Positions 25,568 to 35,799 of a DNA stretch of 64,000 bases are shown piece by piece. The first letter of the stretch is position 1. Each line of letters starts with the position of its first letter. Source of the stretch: Veillonella parvula (lineage in GTDB: Bacteria > Bacillota > Negativicutes > Veillonellales > Veillonellaceae). The position numbers and the translations under genes were made by a program. The stretch covers positions 46,162 through 110,161 of the forward strand of contig CAUGOU010000003.1 of NCBI GenBank assembly GCA_959601155.1. Reading direction: 5' to 3'. The notes under the pieces were generated by a model that searched no databases, was not told the origin of the DNA, and saw only the letters and a list, made by a program, of their open reading frames with translations.

Positions 25568-25914
25568 ACCAATATTAGCAGAGACATTCCAGCCACTAGA
25601 CTTACTATTTGTTTCAATACGTTGCGTATTTGAACCTGCCTCTAGATTGATAGTATTGGAAGCAGCTAATTGTACATTCTTCCCTTTGATTTGCTCTCCA
25701 ATTGCAGTAATATTACCTTTAATTGAATCTGCACTATTAGCATGAAGTAAAATAGTTCCATCAGAATAGCATAATTAAAGTTTTGTTGTAAAGTATAAAT
25801 ATATTTCTTCTTTTTAGTTTTATAAAATTAAAATTTATAATATAATATTCATATATCCATGTTATAGTACCCATTATGATTTATCGTTACGTTTTATACA
25901 CAATGGAGGTTACC

Positions 25915-26646
25915 ATGAAATTAAAACAACTGATTTTGTCCGGTATAGCCGTTGGAGCGCTAGCTTTCACAAGCGGAATGGTACAGCCTGCACAGGCAGC
26001 AGTCGGTATGGATACGCCTGCACCGACGCAAAGTTTAAAGAGACCTGCATCAGTAACGACACAGCATTATATCAATGTAGATGGCATATTATTAGAGCCC
26101 ATAGATAATAAACCAAATGTTATCTATGTTGACGGTCAGCCACTCGTAGCGTTACGTCAAGTATCAGAAGCATTAGGTTATAAAGTATCTTGGGATACCC
26201 CTACAAAAACGGCATTAATCGATATGAACATTGCTACCTTAGCGGTACAACCAGACTCTAAACAAGTCGTGCGCAAAGGTAAACTGCAAATCATCAACCT
26301 TGATACATCCGAATCTTTACTCCCTGCAGCACGTATGGTAGACGGAATTCTATATGTAAGTCCGAACGCATTCAAACTCTTGTTAAATGATGTAACCATC
26401 AATAAAGACGAAATATATATCGTTCCACAACAAAGTCAATTGGCCACTGATTCAAACACGCAAAAAGGCAAACGAAACGGTATCGAAACATTTTTACCGG
26501 ATCAAGGAGATAAAGTAATTCCATACGAAGAAAAGGAAACCAAAGAAAAGAAACCTCTTATTACGGTAAAACGAACTAACACCAAAACAGATACCAAAGA
26601 CACAGAAAATACCGAATATGTACGCTCTAACGGATTAAACAGATAA
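25915..26646 (+). CDS. Secreted protein with a copper-amine-oxidase N-terminal (stalk-like) domain and a K/T/E-rich tail
   Basis: RBS GGAGG (25905-25909) then ATG at 25915. Signal peptide MKLKQLILSGIAVGALAFTSGMVQPAQA. VDGQPLVALRQVSEALGYKVSWDTPTKTALI is typical of the Cu_amine_oxidN1 fold. Confidence 0.55.
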   Translation: MKLKQLILSGIAVGALAFTSGMVQPAQAAVGMDTPAPTQSLKRPASVTTQHYINVDGILLEPIDNKPNVIYVDGQPLVALRQVSEALGYKVSWDTPTKTALIDMNIATLAVQPDSKQVVRKGKLQIINLDTSESLLPAARMVDGILYVSPNAFKLLLNDVTINKDEIYIVPQQSQLATDSNTQKGKRNGIETFLPDQGDKVIPYEEKETKEKKPLITVKRTNTKTDTKDTENTEYVRSNGLNR

Positions 26647-26691
26647 TAAAATCTTTCGTATAGCTATATATAATTTAGCACCTTATAACTT

Positions 26692-26733
26692 AAAGAAGGC
26701 AACTCATCACCATGATGGATTGCCTTCTTTTTA
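26692..26733. terminator. Bidirectional terminator hairpin
   Basis: Arms AAAGAAGGCAA (26692-26702) and TTGCCTTCTTT (26720-26730) with a T-run after. It lies between convergent genes. Confidence 0.6.
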
Positions 26734-26814
26734 TAATATTTGCTAGTTTATTATTTTTGTTACTTTATATTATTACTTTATTGTTTCTTCTTACCCTTTA
26801 CGGCTCAATACAGT

Positions 26815-28440
26815 TTATTGCTTACTGTTTTTTGACAGATTATCTAAGCTATCTTTTGCCGTATCCATACTCCGCTTCAGATCCTTCATGGATTCTTTCA
26901 TGTCCGGCGCTATAAGCCCAGATTTGTCGATGCCCTTTGCAGAGTCAGAGGCACGTCTACTATTTTCCCTGGCTTGTTTCATATCGTCTTTAATGCGAGT
27001 CATATTTTCATCAATTTCGTCAAATGACTCATCATACAAAATAAAATTACTGCCCCCGTGGGACGTAATATTTAGCGGCCCCATCGTGAGCTGTCCATCA
27101 TCGATACGCAAAGCATCCGTAGTAATAGTAGTGATTTTCGTATGTACGTTCACATCGCTAAAGGATAAATGCCGTCCTTTATTGTGAAAGTTTCCCGTAA
27201 TGCTTTGAATCGGAATTAGCATATAGTGCCCTTCACCAGACCAGAAGTTACCCCATACCTCCATGTCTCGAGGTTGGCCTTCACTTTTAAAGTTCAAATT
27301 TGCCGATACGGGCACGAGAAACTCAGGAGCCTTGAGGGCTACACTGCTATCTAAATCCTTTGCTACGCCTGTAATCGTATAGGCTCGAGTGTCCAAATTA
27401 TATACACCTTTAGCCTCCAATTTACCGCTGTATACATTGGCACTAACGTTTTCAAAATTTAAAATACCATCTTGGTACGTCACATCTCCTACTACATTCT
27501 CAAAAGTAAGTGCAGGAATGCGTAAAATAGGCATCGTCACACGACCTTTAGCTAAGGGACGATTAAAATCACCTGTTACCTTTGTAAGCAAGGTCATAGC
27601 ATCATGAATATTCTCACCAAAGCCTAGTGATGATGGATCCACCCCTTTCACATCAAATTGTAGATCCAGTTGAGGCATGCGATGCTTTAAAACATCCTTT
27701 AAATCTACACGACCTTTTAATACGAGACCATCCCCTATGGCGGTACCACCAAATTTGCCCGTCTCCATATCGATACGAATCGCTCGCTTACTATCAAGAT
27801 CAATTTTTGAGTTTACATTCTTTATCACATAATGGCGATTTCTATTAAAAACCTCTAACTGACTATTTCTAAGTGTAATCTTAAGATCTAAATGTTGACC
27901 TTGCCAATTAAAGTTACGTACTTTCTTACCTAGTTCCTCTTGCCGTTCTTGTGTGGTCTTTTTAGGTGCTTTTGGACGAGGCTCTACCTCATTAATTGGT
28001 TTATTTACATCTGGAGATATGGGCGCGAAATCCAACCGATTATTATCGTCCAAATCAATGACTATAACCGCATCATCTAATTCAATGCCCTTGATAGCGG
28101 AGGACTTAAAATTACGTGTCACCACATCCCACATATTGACGCGGACTTTCCCACTTGGTGCATTGAGCAACTCATGCCCTTCTGGGTCCTTCCAAACAAG
28201 GCCTGTAAAAGTCAAAGTTCCCCATGGTGTAGCAGATAAACTTTCAACAGTAACCGTACCGCGCATCATAGTTTGTCGAGCCATAACCTCATTAAAAATA
28301 ACGCCCATTCCACGACTAGCAATGGTTGCTAGTACAAAGACTATAATCGCTCCAATGGCAAGAAAGGCAGCAATGCCTTTTAGGCCTTTCTTATACAATT
28401 GTTTATATTTTGTCCAATAAGAACGTATATAATGTTTCAT
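26815..28440 (-). CDS. N-terminally anchored envelope protein, AsmA/TamB-like (tentative)
   Basis: 541 aa with a single N-terminal TM (GIAAFLAIGAIIVFVLATIA). A long beta-rich region then follows, beginning GTVTVESLSATPWGTLTFTGLVWKDPEG as in AsmA-like proteins. The C-terminal tail is charged. Confidence 0.4.
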   Translation of the reverse strand: MKHYIRSYWTKYKQLYKKGLKGIAAFLAIGAIIVFVLATIASRGMGVIFNEVMARQTMMRGTVTVESLSATPWGTLTFTGLVWKDPEGHELLNAPSGKVRVNMWDVVTRNFKSSAIKGIELDDAVIVIDLDDNNRLDFAPISPDVNKPINEVEPRPKAPKKTTQERQEELGKKVRNFNWQGQHLDLKITLRNSQLEVFNRNRHYVIKNVNSKIDLDSKRAIRIDMETGKFGGTAIGDGLVLKGRVDLKDVLKHRMPQLDLQFDVKGVDPSSLGFGENIHDAMTLLTKVTGDFNRPLAKGRVTMPILRIPALTFENVVGDVTYQDGILNFENVSANVYSGKLEAKGVYNLDTRAYTITGVAKDLDSSVALKAPEFLVPVSANLNFKSEGQPRDMEVWGNFWSGEGHYMLIPIQSITGNFHNKGRHLSFSDVNVHTKITTITTDALRIDDGQLTMGPLNITSHGGSNFILYDESFDEIDENMTRIKDDMKQARENSRRASDSAKGIDKSGLIAPDMKESMKDLKRSMDTAKDSLDNLSKNSKQ

Positions 28441-28525
28441 AGCCCTATTATAGCATGTTCAAATAACAATACCAATGCGGTGTTGCCTGTATCAAATATA
28501 TTGACCATAAGAAACTCTTTTCCAT

Positions 28526-28569
28526 ATAAAAAGCGCCTTGCTCACAGAAAACTCTGCATGCAAGGCGCC
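28526..28569 (-). terminator. Intrinsic terminator of cstA
   Basis: Arms GCGCCTTGC (28533-28541) and GCAAGGCGC (28560-28568). On the minus strand they are followed by TTTTTAT. Confidence 0.65.
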
Positions 28570-28663
28570 GTTACCTAACTATTTTATAAAAAAGGCAGCA
28601 AATTTATAGAGTAAAAGTGCACCCACAAATGTGAGTGCACTGTATATATTGCAATAATCAATA

Positions 28664-30496
28664 TTATGCTTTTACTTCTTTACCGTATTTTACAAGGCTT
28701 TCAGCTTCGATTTCAGCTTGAGTCCGATAGTCTTGAGGAATATTGGACAAGCGAATCCAGCTACGTACAGCTTCAATTAATACGATAAGGATCATGAGGA
28801 ACATAGCAGCACTAAATGCTACTAGAATCCATTTACCAGCAGGAATATAGCTGTAGAATACATTTTCATAGTCTGCAGCGATAGCCACGATAGCCATTAA
28901 GATACAAGGAATACCTGTTACCCATGCATAGCGTTTGCGGCCAAGTCTCATGATAACTGTAGTACCTACAGCCAATGTCATAGTACCTAATAATTGGTTA
29001 GATACACCGAATAGAGGCCAGATAATACCGATGTTACCTTGTAGAACTAGGTAGCCCCACAAGATACAAATTAAAGCGGCACAACCATACACACCAGGAG
29101 CCCAGTGTTGGTCGTTGAATTTAGGATGGAAATGACCTAATAATTCTTGAAGTAAGTAACGACCTACACGAGTACCAGCATCGATCAATGTCATGATGAA
29201 CAATGCTTCGAACATGATACAGAAGTGATACCAGTAACCCATCAAGTGAGCCATATTAGGCAATCTGGAGAAGATATGAGCCATACCTACTGCAAGGGAT
29301 ACGGCACCACCAGGACGGTGCATCAAGTCTTCACCAACCATTGCAGACAATGCTGGCAATTCATGAACTTGAAGGCCTAAAGCTTTGAAAGACTCAACTG
29401 TGGAGTTAATCGCAAAGTAATCATCTGGATGCAATGCAGTAGCAGCAATTAACGCCATCATAGCGATGAAGCCTTCTGTTAACATCGCACCATAACCGAT
29501 AGGTAAAATTTCTCGTTCATTAGTAAGCATTTTAGGTGTTGTACCTGTAGCAATAACAGTATGGAAGCCAGATAACGCACCACATGCGATAGTAATGAAG
29601 ATGTAAGGGAATACGGAACCTTTCAATACAGGACCGCCGCCCCAGATGTAAGGAGTTACGGCTGGCATTTGAATTTCAGGCATTACAATGATAATACCAA
29701 GTGCCAATGCACCGATTGTACCGATTTTAAGGTATGTGGACAAATAGTCACGAGGAGCAAGTAACAACCATACTGGCAATGCAGCTGCAAAGAAACCATA
29801 CACAGCAAGCATAATTTCAATGGTTTGCAAGTCGTATGTAAACCAAGATGCATATTCGCTAGCCGCTATATTTGGGCCGTAGATGATAGCTGCGAAGATT
29901 AAGGCTACCCCAATAATAGTCGCCTCTTGGATTTTACCAGGACGCAACCATTTCAAATAAATACCAATAAAAATAGCGATTGGAATGGTAGCAAATACGG
30001 AGAAGAATCCCCAAGGAGAGTTATGCAATGCATTAGCTACTACTACAGCCATACCAGCAAGGGTAATGATCAATAGGAATAAGGTAGCGAGCATAGCACC
30101 AAAACCAGCAAGTTTACTGATTTCTTCGCGAGCAATATCCGCAATCGATTTACCATCGTAACGAACGGAAGCAAACAAGATAACCATATCATGTACAGCA
30201 CCGGCTAATACGGAACCAATTAGGATCCATAATGCCCCAGGCAAATATCCAAACTGTGCTGCGATAACAGGACCTACAAGTGGCCCTGCACCAGCAATTG
30301 CTGCAAAGTGATGACCAAAGGTTACCCATTTGTTGGTTGGCACGTAATCGTGACCATCATTGTGAACCATAGCTGGCGTTGGACGATATTGATCCAATGT
30401 CAGTACCTTAGCCGCTATAAAAGCCCCATAAAAGCGGTACGCTAAAATTAGAATACACGCGGAGGCAATAACTAAGTAAATACCATTCATAACCAT
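28664..30496 (-). CDS. cstA: Carbon starvation protein A (CstA-family peptide/pyruvate transporter)
   Basis: About 610 aa, polytopic. The N-terminus MVMNGIYLVIASACILILAYRFYGAFIAAKVL is typical of CstA. RBS GGAGGTG precedes the ATG at 30496. Confidence 0.85.
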   Translation of the reverse strand: MVMNGIYLVIASACILILAYRFYGAFIAAKVLTLDQYRPTPAMVHNDGHDYVPTNKWVTFGHHFAAIAGAGPLVGPVIAAQFGYLPGALWILIGSVLAGAVHDMVILFASVRYDGKSIADIAREEISKLAGFGAMLATLFLLIITLAGMAVVVANALHNSPWGFFSVFATIPIAIFIGIYLKWLRPGKIQEATIIGVALIFAAIIYGPNIAASEYASWFTYDLQTIEIMLAVYGFFAAALPVWLLLAPRDYLSTYLKIGTIGALALGIIIVMPEIQMPAVTPYIWGGGPVLKGSVFPYIFITIACGALSGFHTVIATGTTPKMLTNEREILPIGYGAMLTEGFIAMMALIAATALHPDDYFAINSTVESFKALGLQVHELPALSAMVGEDLMHRPGGAVSLAVGMAHIFSRLPNMAHLMGYWYHFCIMFEALFIMTLIDAGTRVGRYLLQELLGHFHPKFNDQHWAPGVYGCAALICILWGYLVLQGNIGIIWPLFGVSNQLLGTMTLAVGTTVIMRLGRKRYAWVTGIPCILMAIVAIAADYENVFYSYIPAGKWILVAFSAAMFLMILIVLIEAVRSWIRLSNIPQDYRTQAEIEAESLVKYGKEVKA

Positions 30497-30679
30497 ATAA
30501 ACACCTCCAATAATCACGTGACATGGAGTATATGAATATTACTGATAAAACTTATGTATCGTATCCATGCCACAATGGCTTCCTAAAATGTTAGTACTTA
30601 CAACATTATTGTATAACTAATCAACAAGGTGTCAATTATTAATTTCTCATTTTGAAAGTTAAGTATAACTATAAAGCAT

Positions 30680-30715
30680 AATAACGGCATTCTCTACCTA
30701 TGAGATGCCGTTATT
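30680..30715 (-). terminator. Hairpin downstream of hisH (weak U-run)
   Basis: Arms AATAACGGCAT (30680-30690) and ATGCCGTTATT (30705-30715). Confidence 0.4.
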
Positions 30716-30777
30716 ATCCTAGATATATTGGTTACTGAATGACTTATTCCTATCTGTAATGAAAGATAGCTATATCC

Positions 30778-31404
30778 CTATTCTCCTGCTGTTCTATAAG
30801 TTTTTGTAATAGTCCCAAATGTACGCAACAAATTTAAACCTACGACACCACTTTTTTCAGGATGGAATTGCATTCCATATACTCTACCTCGTTCTACAAT
30901 GCCAGGTACATCGATACCATAATTTGCAGTAGATGTGATATATTCAGGATCTGTATCCACATAATAGGAATGAACGAAATATGTATATTGATCATCTACA
31001 TTGCTAAAAGCGCTATGAGGCTGGTGTACTACATTTTTATTCCAACCCATATGAGGCACGCTAAGGCCAAGGTTGCGAGGAATTTCTTTTACCTTACCGG
31101 GAATAAGCCCTAAACCGGGCGTTGGGCCGTATTCTTCAGATTCTTCAAATAAAAGTTGCATCCCTAAACAAATACCTAATAAAGGTATATCCCGTTTTAC
31201 TACTTCATGGATGACATCGACTAAACCACGCTCTTTTAAAACTGCCATCGCCGGCGCATATGCTCCTACACCTGGCAAGAGAACACCATCAGCATTTAAT
31301 ATAGTCGCCAAATCTGCCGTTAGCACTGCATCAAGACCGATATAAGCTAATGCTTTCTGAACATTGAAGGTATTCCCTGCATCATAATCTATAATGGCAA
31401 TCAT
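30778..31404 (-). CDS. hisH: Imidazole glycerol phosphate synthase, glutamine amidotransferase subunit
   Basis: MIAIIDYDAGN...GICLGMQLL...HSY. RBS GGAG lies 6 nt before the ATG at 31404. Confidence 0.9.
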   Translation of the reverse strand: MIAIIDYDAGNTFNVQKALAYIGLDAVLTADLATILNADGVLLPGVGAYAPAMAVLKERGLVDVIHEVVKRDIPLLGICLGMQLLFEESEEYGPTPGLGLIPGKVKEIPRNLGLSVPHMGWNKNVVHQPHSAFSNVDDQYTYFVHSYYVDTDPEYITSTANYGIDVPGIVERGRVYGMQFHPEKSGVVGLNLLRTFGTITKTYRTAGE

Positions 31405-31482
31405 AATAAACTCCATTCTATAGGGTAAAACACGATAAGATTAAACAAAACGTATTACGAATTGTATGTTATTCTGTACGAA

Positions 31483-32559
31483 TTAATTCATGAAATCTCT
31501 TAATATCCTGCGCATAACATCCCCATCTTGAGACATAGGAATCGTAAGACGCAACCACCCTTCACGTTGACCTCGGCGCACTTGGTAACCTGATTTGAGC
31601 CAAGCATCTGCAAGACCTTCTGCATCAGGCGCTGCAAAGAAAATAAAATTAGCCTCACTCTTATAGTAGTGAATACCTAGCTCATCTAAGAGGCTTTCCC
31701 ATTTTGCCCGTTCCTCTGCATTTTGAGAGACCGTTCTCGCCACGAATTCTTGATCACCGAAAGCGGCTTCTGCAGCCACTTGAGATAAGGTATTCAAATT
31801 GTACGGCAAGCGAATGGTTTGCATATAATTTGCCAACTCTATAGGTGTCATCATGTAACCTACACGGTAATTGGCAAGGCCATAGGCTTTCGAGAAGGTA
31901 CGCATGATAGCCACATTAGGGAACTCATCCAAGAGCGCACGTGCCGTAGGAACTGCTACAGAGGTAACAAAATCGATATACGCCTCGTCTATGATGACCA
32001 AGGTTTCCTTTGGTATAGCTGCTACAAATTTGCGGATATCTTCAACAGACTCATAGGTACCCGTTGGATTATTAGGATTACAAATCCACACGAGGCGTGT
32101 CGTTTCATCTACAGCTTTCACGAGAGCAGAAAAATCATACTGTCCTGTTTCAAAATCAGCTGGCACCTCGCGGATCTCAGCACCTTCCACGAGGCCATTC
32201 AAGGCATATTCCGAGAAGGCTGGCACGCTTACTACGATGGAGTCACCCGTAGTAATCAATGTTTTATTGACCATGGCGATGACTTCATCGAGACCTACTC
32301 CGATGATGAGTTGCTCAGGTTGTACCTGCCAGTAGTCAGCGAGTTTCATACGCAAATCGGAGGCGTTGCCATCTGGATAGTAGTTAGCATCATTATGAGT
32401 TACATAGCTAAGAATAGCCTCCCGTACCAATGGCGATGTACCGTAGGGATTTTCATTCGCCGACAAGCGCACCAATCGCTCTACACCAAGGCGCTCTTTC
32501 ACCGCTTCAGCCGGCTCCTCAGGTATATAAGGTTTCAATGTGCGAATTATCTCTTTCAT
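31483..32559 (-). CDS. hisC: Histidinol-phosphate aminotransferase
   Basis: 358 aa class-II aminotransferase. LSANENPYG, NPNNPTG and the FSKAYGLA PLP-lysine motif are present. Confidence 0.9.
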   Translation of the reverse strand: MKEIIRTLKPYIPEEPAEAVKERLGVERLVRLSANENPYGTSPLVREAILSYVTHNDANYYPDGNASDLRMKLADYWQVQPEQLIIGVGLDEVIAMVNKTLITTGDSIVVSVPAFSEYALNGLVEGAEIREVPADFETGQYDFSALVKAVDETTRLVWICNPNNPTGTYESVEDIRKFVAAIPKETLVIIDEAYIDFVTSVAVPTARALLDEFPNVAIMRTFSKAYGLANYRVGYMMTPIELANYMQTIRLPYNLNTLSQVAAEAAFGDQEFVARTVSQNAEERAKWESLLDELGIHYYKSEANFIFFAAPDAEGLADAWLKSGYQVRRGQREGWLRLTIPMSQDGDVMRRILRDFMN

Positions 32560-32587
32560 AGGCTATCCTTTCTAACTATTTTCTTAA

Positions 32588-32614
32588 CGCATATAACGCA
32601 TATAACTCATATAA
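32588..32614. repeat. Tandem 9-nt repeat CGCATATAA, 3 copies, in the hisE-hisC spacer
   Basis: Read directly: cgcatataa cgcatataa ctcatataa. Confidence 0.8.
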
Positions 32615-32678
32615 CACACAAAAGACACATATGAACTCCACCAGAGCTCATATGTCCAAGCTCATAATAGGATATACA

Positions 32679-33005
32679 TTATAAGTTTGTAATTTCTGGG
32701 CGATCCGTAGTCTTGCTAACAACCCCTTCGCGGCTCGCTAGCTCAGCTTCAATGGCTTCGTATGGGATATTTTTCTCCGCTAATAACACGAGCAAGTGAT
32801 ATAACACGTCTGCTGTTTCGTAAATCAGCTCCTGTGGATCTTCATTTTTTGCGGCGATTACTACCTCTGTAGCCTCTTCACCAACTTTTTTCAAGATTTT
32901 ATCGAGCCCTTTGTCGAATAAATAATTCGTATAAGAACCTTCCTTTGGCTGTGCCTTACGGTTTTTAATAATTTCGTATAATTCGTTCAGTGTTTGCTGT
33001 GCCAT
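32679..33005 (-). CDS. hisE: Phosphoribosyl-ATP pyrophosphatase
   Basis: 108 aa. SYTNYLFDKGLDKILKKVGEEATEVVIAAKN is typical of HisE. Confidence 0.9.
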   Translation of the reverse strand: MAQQTLNELYEIIKNRKAQPKEGSYTNYLFDKGLDKILKKVGEEATEVVIAAKNEDPQELIYETADVLYHLLVLLAEKNIPYEAIEAELASREGVVSKTTDRPEITNL

Positions 33006-33007
33006 GT

Positions 33008-33325
33008 TTAACTCCGTTCTACTTCATTAAAGAAACAGCTTGTACGCCCAGTATGACAGGCAGGACCTTCAGGCTTAACTTGAATGAGCAAGGTATCGCC
33101 ATCACAATCTAGGGCCATGCTCACCACGTGCTGCACATTACCGCTAGTGCCACCCTTATGCCATAGTTCTTGACGAGATCGAGACCAAAACCACGTTTCC
33201 CTTGTTTCCAGTGTCTTGTGAAAGCTTTCTTCGTTCATCCACGCCACCATGAGGACGTCCTTAGTCTCTGCATCCTGCACAACCGTCGGCAACAAGCCAT
33301 TTCCTTTTTCAAAATCCGGTTTCAT
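33008..33325 (-). CDS. hisI: Phosphoribosyl-AMP cyclohydrolase
   Basis: 105 aa. GLLPTVVQD...[10 protein letters not shown]...[17 protein letters not shown]...DCDGD. Confidence 0.9.
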   Translation of the reverse strand: MKPDFEKGNGLLPTVVQDAETKDVLMVAWMNEESFHKTLETRETWFWSRSRQELWHKGGTSGNVQHVVSMALDCDGDTLLIQVKPEGPACHTGRTSCFFNEVERS

Positions 33326-33494
33326 ATTCTATCCTTTATTAAAAGTAATCAATAATCTGTAATCCTATATTAGCTTGTATCTCTATCTATCGCTATTTCT
33401 ATTTTCTGTTTATCTATAAATAAACTATTTAACTAACTCTGGACATATAAAATAGTAAAGAACTTACGAGAGATAATAATTTTTTAAATCTGTT

Positions 33495-34253
33495 TTAGCG
33501 TACTGTAATTCCGTGAGCTCGTAGTTCTTGTTTGAGTTCAGGAATTTTAACTTCTCCGAAGTGGAATATAGATGCCGCCAGTGCACCGGTAACGCTGGTT
33601 TGCTTAAAGAGATCTATAAAATCCTCAACCTTACCTGCCCCTCCAGAGGCGATGATAGGTACATTTACGACGGACTCTAGAGCCTTATATAGTTCAATAT
33701 CAAAGCCGGATTTTGTGCCATCTTTGTCCATGCTCGTCACTAGCAACTCTCCTGCTCCACGAGCTACGGCCTCTTTAGCCCAGTCGAGAGCTTTCCACTC
33801 TGTACGGTTGCGCCCACCATGAGTGTAAGCATACCATTCACCAGTTTTTTCATCGGTTTTCACGTCGATGGCTACCACCATACATTGATTGCCAAACTTT
33901 TGAGCCCCTTCTGTGATGAGCTCAGGGTTAGCGAGAGCCGCGGAGTTCAAAGATACCTTGTCCGCACCAGCTTTCAACAAAGCCGTCATATCATCAATGC
34001 TCTTGATACCACCACCCACGGTGAGTGGCATAAATACTTGTGTGGAGATTTCTTGAACCACATCGCGCATAGTGGTCCGCGCATCAACGGTGGCCGTAAT
34101 GTCTAAAAATACGAGCTCATCAGCTTGTTGCTGCTCATAGGAGGACGCAATATCTACTGGATTGCCTACGTCTACGAGATTAACAAAGTTAACCCCTTTT
34201 TTTACGCGTCCATCATCTACATCTAGGCAAGGAATAATCCGTTTCGCTAACAT
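33495..34253 (-). CDS. hisF: Imidazole glycerol phosphate synthase, cyclase subunit
   Basis: [20 protein letters not shown]...LTVGGGI...SGGAG. I prefer ATG at 34253 (RBS AAAGGAG) to the track start at 34268. Confidence 0.9.
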   Translation of the reverse strand: MLAKRIIPCLDVDDGRVKKGVNFVNLVDVGNPVDIASSYEQQQADELVFLDITATVDARTTMRDVVQEISTQVFMPLTVGGGIKSIDDMTALLKAGADKVSLNSAALANPELITEGAQKFGNQCMVVAIDVKTDEKTGEWYAYTHGGRNRTEWKALDWAKEAVARGAGELLVTSMDKDGTKSGFDIELYKALESVVNVPIIASGGAGKVEDFIDLFKQTSVTGALAASIFHFGEVKIPELKQELRAHGITVR

Positions 34254-34337
34254 AACGCTCCTTTCCATCGAGTGTCACTCAATATATTCCATTGGTTGCA
34301 GTCAATAATTAATTTAAGAACATCACGATCATTTCTA

Positions 34338-35060
34338 TTATTTCTGCTGATTGTACTCGGCGATTTCCTCTAGTGTAATCGTGCCCTCGTACAGAGCCTT
34401 ACCCACGATACTATCCTTAACGCCTTTTTGTTCTAGGGATTTAATATCCGCCAAATTACGAACACCCCCAGAGGCAACGATGCGTGCAGTAGGAAATTCG
34501 TTTTGCAAATTTCCAAGTAACTCTTCATTGGCACCCTGCATCGTACCGTCTCGGTCTACATCGGTAACGATGAAATACTTTGCCCCACCTTCAACCATGG
34601 CACCGATTAAATCGGTCATCGGCACGTCGGATTGGTCGAGCCAACCTTCAGCGGCAACCTTGCCATTTTTTCCATCTACACCGATAACGATGCGCTCCGT
34701 ACCGTATTCCGCGATAACCTGCTTTGTAAGTTCCGGATTTTTAAGCGCTACAGAGCCTAAGATAACCCGATCTACGCCCAAGCCTAAATAGAGGTCAACC
34801 GCCTCTTTATCTCGGATGCCGCCTCCAATTTCAAGGATGCCTGTAAAAGCTGCACGCACTGCTTTTACAATATCTACATTTACAGGCTTGCCCGCCTTGG
34901 CACCATCTAAATCGACAAGGTGTAAGGCCCCCACCTTAGTTGCTTCATATTGTTTTGCTTGATTTACTGGATCAGGATTGATGACCGTTTCCTGTGCGAA
35001 GTCACCTTTATAGAGACGAACACTTCGACCATCTTGTAAATCTATAGCTGGAAAAATCAT
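34338..35060 (-). CDS. hisA: ProFAR isomerase
   Basis: MIFPAIDLQDGRSVRLYKGDF...LHLVDLDGA...GGGIR. Confidence 0.9.
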   Translation of the reverse strand: MIFPAIDLQDGRSVRLYKGDFAQETVINPDPVNQAKQYEATKVGALHLVDLDGAKAGKPVNVDIVKAVRAAFTGILEIGGGIRDKEAVDLYLGLGVDRVILGSVALKNPELTKQVIAEYGTERIVIGVDGKNGKVAAEGWLDQSDVPMTDLIGAMVEGGAKYFIVTDVDRDGTMQGANEELLGNLQNEFPTARIVASGGVRNLADIKSLEQKGVKDSIVGKALYEGTITLEEIAEYNQQK

Positions 35061-35086
35061 AGGTTCTCCTTTATTAAATGACTGTA

Positions 35087-35677
35087 TTAAATAACGCCCT
35101 TTGTAGAATTTACGCCTTGGATATCTGGGTTGATAGTAACTGCTTTGCGCAACGCACGGCCCGTTGCCTTAAACATGCTTTCAATAATGTGGTGTGTATT
35201 GCGACCATATAAATTGCGCACATGTAAGTTCATAGCAGCGCTCATCGCAAGAGCTTGGAAGAAATCCTCCACCAACTCTGTTTCAAAGTTGCCACCTAGA
35301 ATCGGCGTACTCCATTCCCCTTGAAAAACGAGGTATGGACGACCGCTCAAATCGATTACAACTTGCGTCAATGCTTCATCCATAGGAACCCAAGCATCGC
35401 CATAGCGCTCGATACCAGCCTTATCGCCAAGAGCTTTCACCAAGGCCTGACCTAATGCAAGTCCAACGTCCTCAACCGTATGATGAGCATCCACATATGT
35501 ATCGCCCTTTGCCTCTACCATAAGTTCAAAACGGCCGTGCTTCGCCAATAGCGTCAACATGTGGTCAAAAAAGCCAATCCCTGTGGATATGGAGCTTGTT
35601 TGTGCCCCATCAAGGGTAATTTCTACTGTAATATCTGTTTCTTGAGTGGTGCGTTGCACCGTACCTGTGCGTATCAT
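35087..35677 (-). CDS. hisB: Imidazoleglycerol-phosphate dehydratase
   Basis: 196 aa. RTTQETDI...GIGFFDHML...[14 protein letters not shown]...NTHHIIES. Confidence 0.9.
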   Translation of the reverse strand: MIRTGTVQRTTQETDITVEITLDGAQTSSISTGIGFFDHMLTLLAKHGRFELMVEAKGDTYVDAHHTVEDVGLALGQALVKALGDKAGIERYGDAWVPMDEALTQVVIDLSGRPYLVFQGEWSTPILGGNFETELVEDFFQALAMSAAMNLHVRNLYGRNTHHIIESMFKATGRALRKAVTINPDIQGVNSTKGVI

Positions 35678-35684
35678 AACGACC

Positions 35685-35749
35685 TCTATACTTCAAATCT
35701 ATTTTTATAATCTATATTTCTAATCTATGTTTTCACTGTATATTTTAAA
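35685..35749. repeat. Tandem 13-nt repeat, about 5 copies, in the hisD-hisB spacer
   Basis: tctatacttcaaa tctatttttataa tctatatttctaa tctatgttttcac tgtatattttaaa. It starts 8 nt upstream of the hisB ATG. Confidence 0.75.
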
Positions 35750-35799
35750 TACACATATAAATATAGATACCAAATTTATTTTCTAATATTTTTTATAAG

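Noticed and set aside
26712-26915. A 67-aa hydrophobic plus-strand ORF.
   Set aside because: It starts inside the terminator hairpin at 26692-26733 and overlaps the 3' end of the AsmA-like gene. Its L/F/Y-rich composition is typical of AT-rich noise.
31819-32634. A 271-aa plus-strand ORF, the longest 'extra' ORF in the track.
   Set aside because: It lies entirely antisense to hisC, whose aminotransferase motifs are unambiguous. Its tail (HITHITHITH) is just the translated 9-nt tandem repeat. I saw no RBS.
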